From NCBI RefSeq assembly GCF_006345805.1, contig NC_043016.1, positions 31,062,001 to 31,126,000 of the forward strand: a stretch of 64,000 nt of DNA, written 5' to 3'. The DNA is from Octopus sinensis (lineage: Eukaryota). The first letter of the stretch is position 1, and each line of letters begins with the position of its first letter. This document shows, piece after piece, positions 63,216 to 64,000 of the stretch. A model generated the notes under the pieces. It was not told the origin of the DNA and did no database searches. It worked only from the letters and a program-made list of their open reading frames with translations. Position numbers and translations under genes: made by a program.

Positions 63216-64000
63216 ACCAATAGAATATAGGTGGAATCTGAATAAATTATGGATACATATAATGCAATTGTCATCTTCATTATTATCATCATTTAACATC
63301 TTTGTTCCATGCTGGCCTAGGTGAAAATTCATTTTATTCTGTTTTGTTATGTAATCCATGCATTTGTAAGATAGCCACAATAGCTTTCTAATCACAACTG
63401 ATTTAAATACCAATCTTTTTCTCCTATTCTGCAATTTCATTTAATTACTCCAGTTAATTACTTATGTCTATCAAGTGAGGCTATAGAGTTAAAATGGAAT
63501 TTAGTGTACTAATAAACATTACTATATAAAGAAATTATGGCCATTTAAAAAACAAGAAAAAATGCATTAGAAAGATTTTTATTTAAAAAGATAATAGAAA
63601 TATTAAAATTACTAAGTAATGGATGCAGGTTGTGTGTCATATAGCTAGCTAGAGGCGGTGGCTTCTTGGAGCTAATCAACAACAGTTTTAGTCTTATATT
63701 TATAAGACTGCCATATTAGTATGGCGTTAACTATTAATTTATTTAAAAAGAGTTATCTTTCTTTTGTACAATTGTATCTGTCTTTTGACGACAGTTGTTG
63801 CTCCGACAGATATTGTTATATTCTAAAGTTGTTGGTAGGTAGAATGGTTCTATCTGGCACTGTATGACCCCTAGTTATACATTATTATCATCCTCAAAAG
63901 CTTGTATCGTTAAAACACCCACTCAGTATCACAGTATAATTACCATATCAGCACAGACACTACTATCAACACAGTTTACATGTACTCTCAACCTTTTGAC

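Noticed and set aside
61200-64000. Terminal TDRD3 exon(s)
   Set aside because: No convincing acceptor plus TDRD3 C-terminal motif found; probably downstream of the window.

Overview
AT-rich, repeat-dense eukaryotic genomic DNA. The SINE/LINE/microsatellite landscape suggests a coleoid cephalopod, most likely Octopus (inference). The window is dominated by one + strand multi-exon gene, a TDRD3 ortholog. Twelve coding exons with GT-AG boundaries and consistent phases (6036..60735, 2538 nt, 846 codons, no stop reached) encode an N-terminal DUF1767/OB-fold (RMI1-like) region, a UBA domain, a very long N/Q/H/S/G-rich low-complexity exon and a Tudor domain. The last exon(s) are probably beyond the window. 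Introns hold RTE and CR1 LINE relics, two tRNA-derived SINE families, mariner relics, non-autonomous Helitrons, hAT and piggyBac MITEs and Penelope relics. Most notable: (i) several Penelope-type fold-back elements whose arms carry type I hammerhead ribozyme cores, intact on the - strand and mutated on the + strand; (ii) an RTE family with a PHD-type C4HC3 finger inside its RT and a double-hairpin array in its 3' UTR, present as two long inverted copies bracketing TDRD3 exon 2; (iii) a prion-like expansion inside TDRD3.
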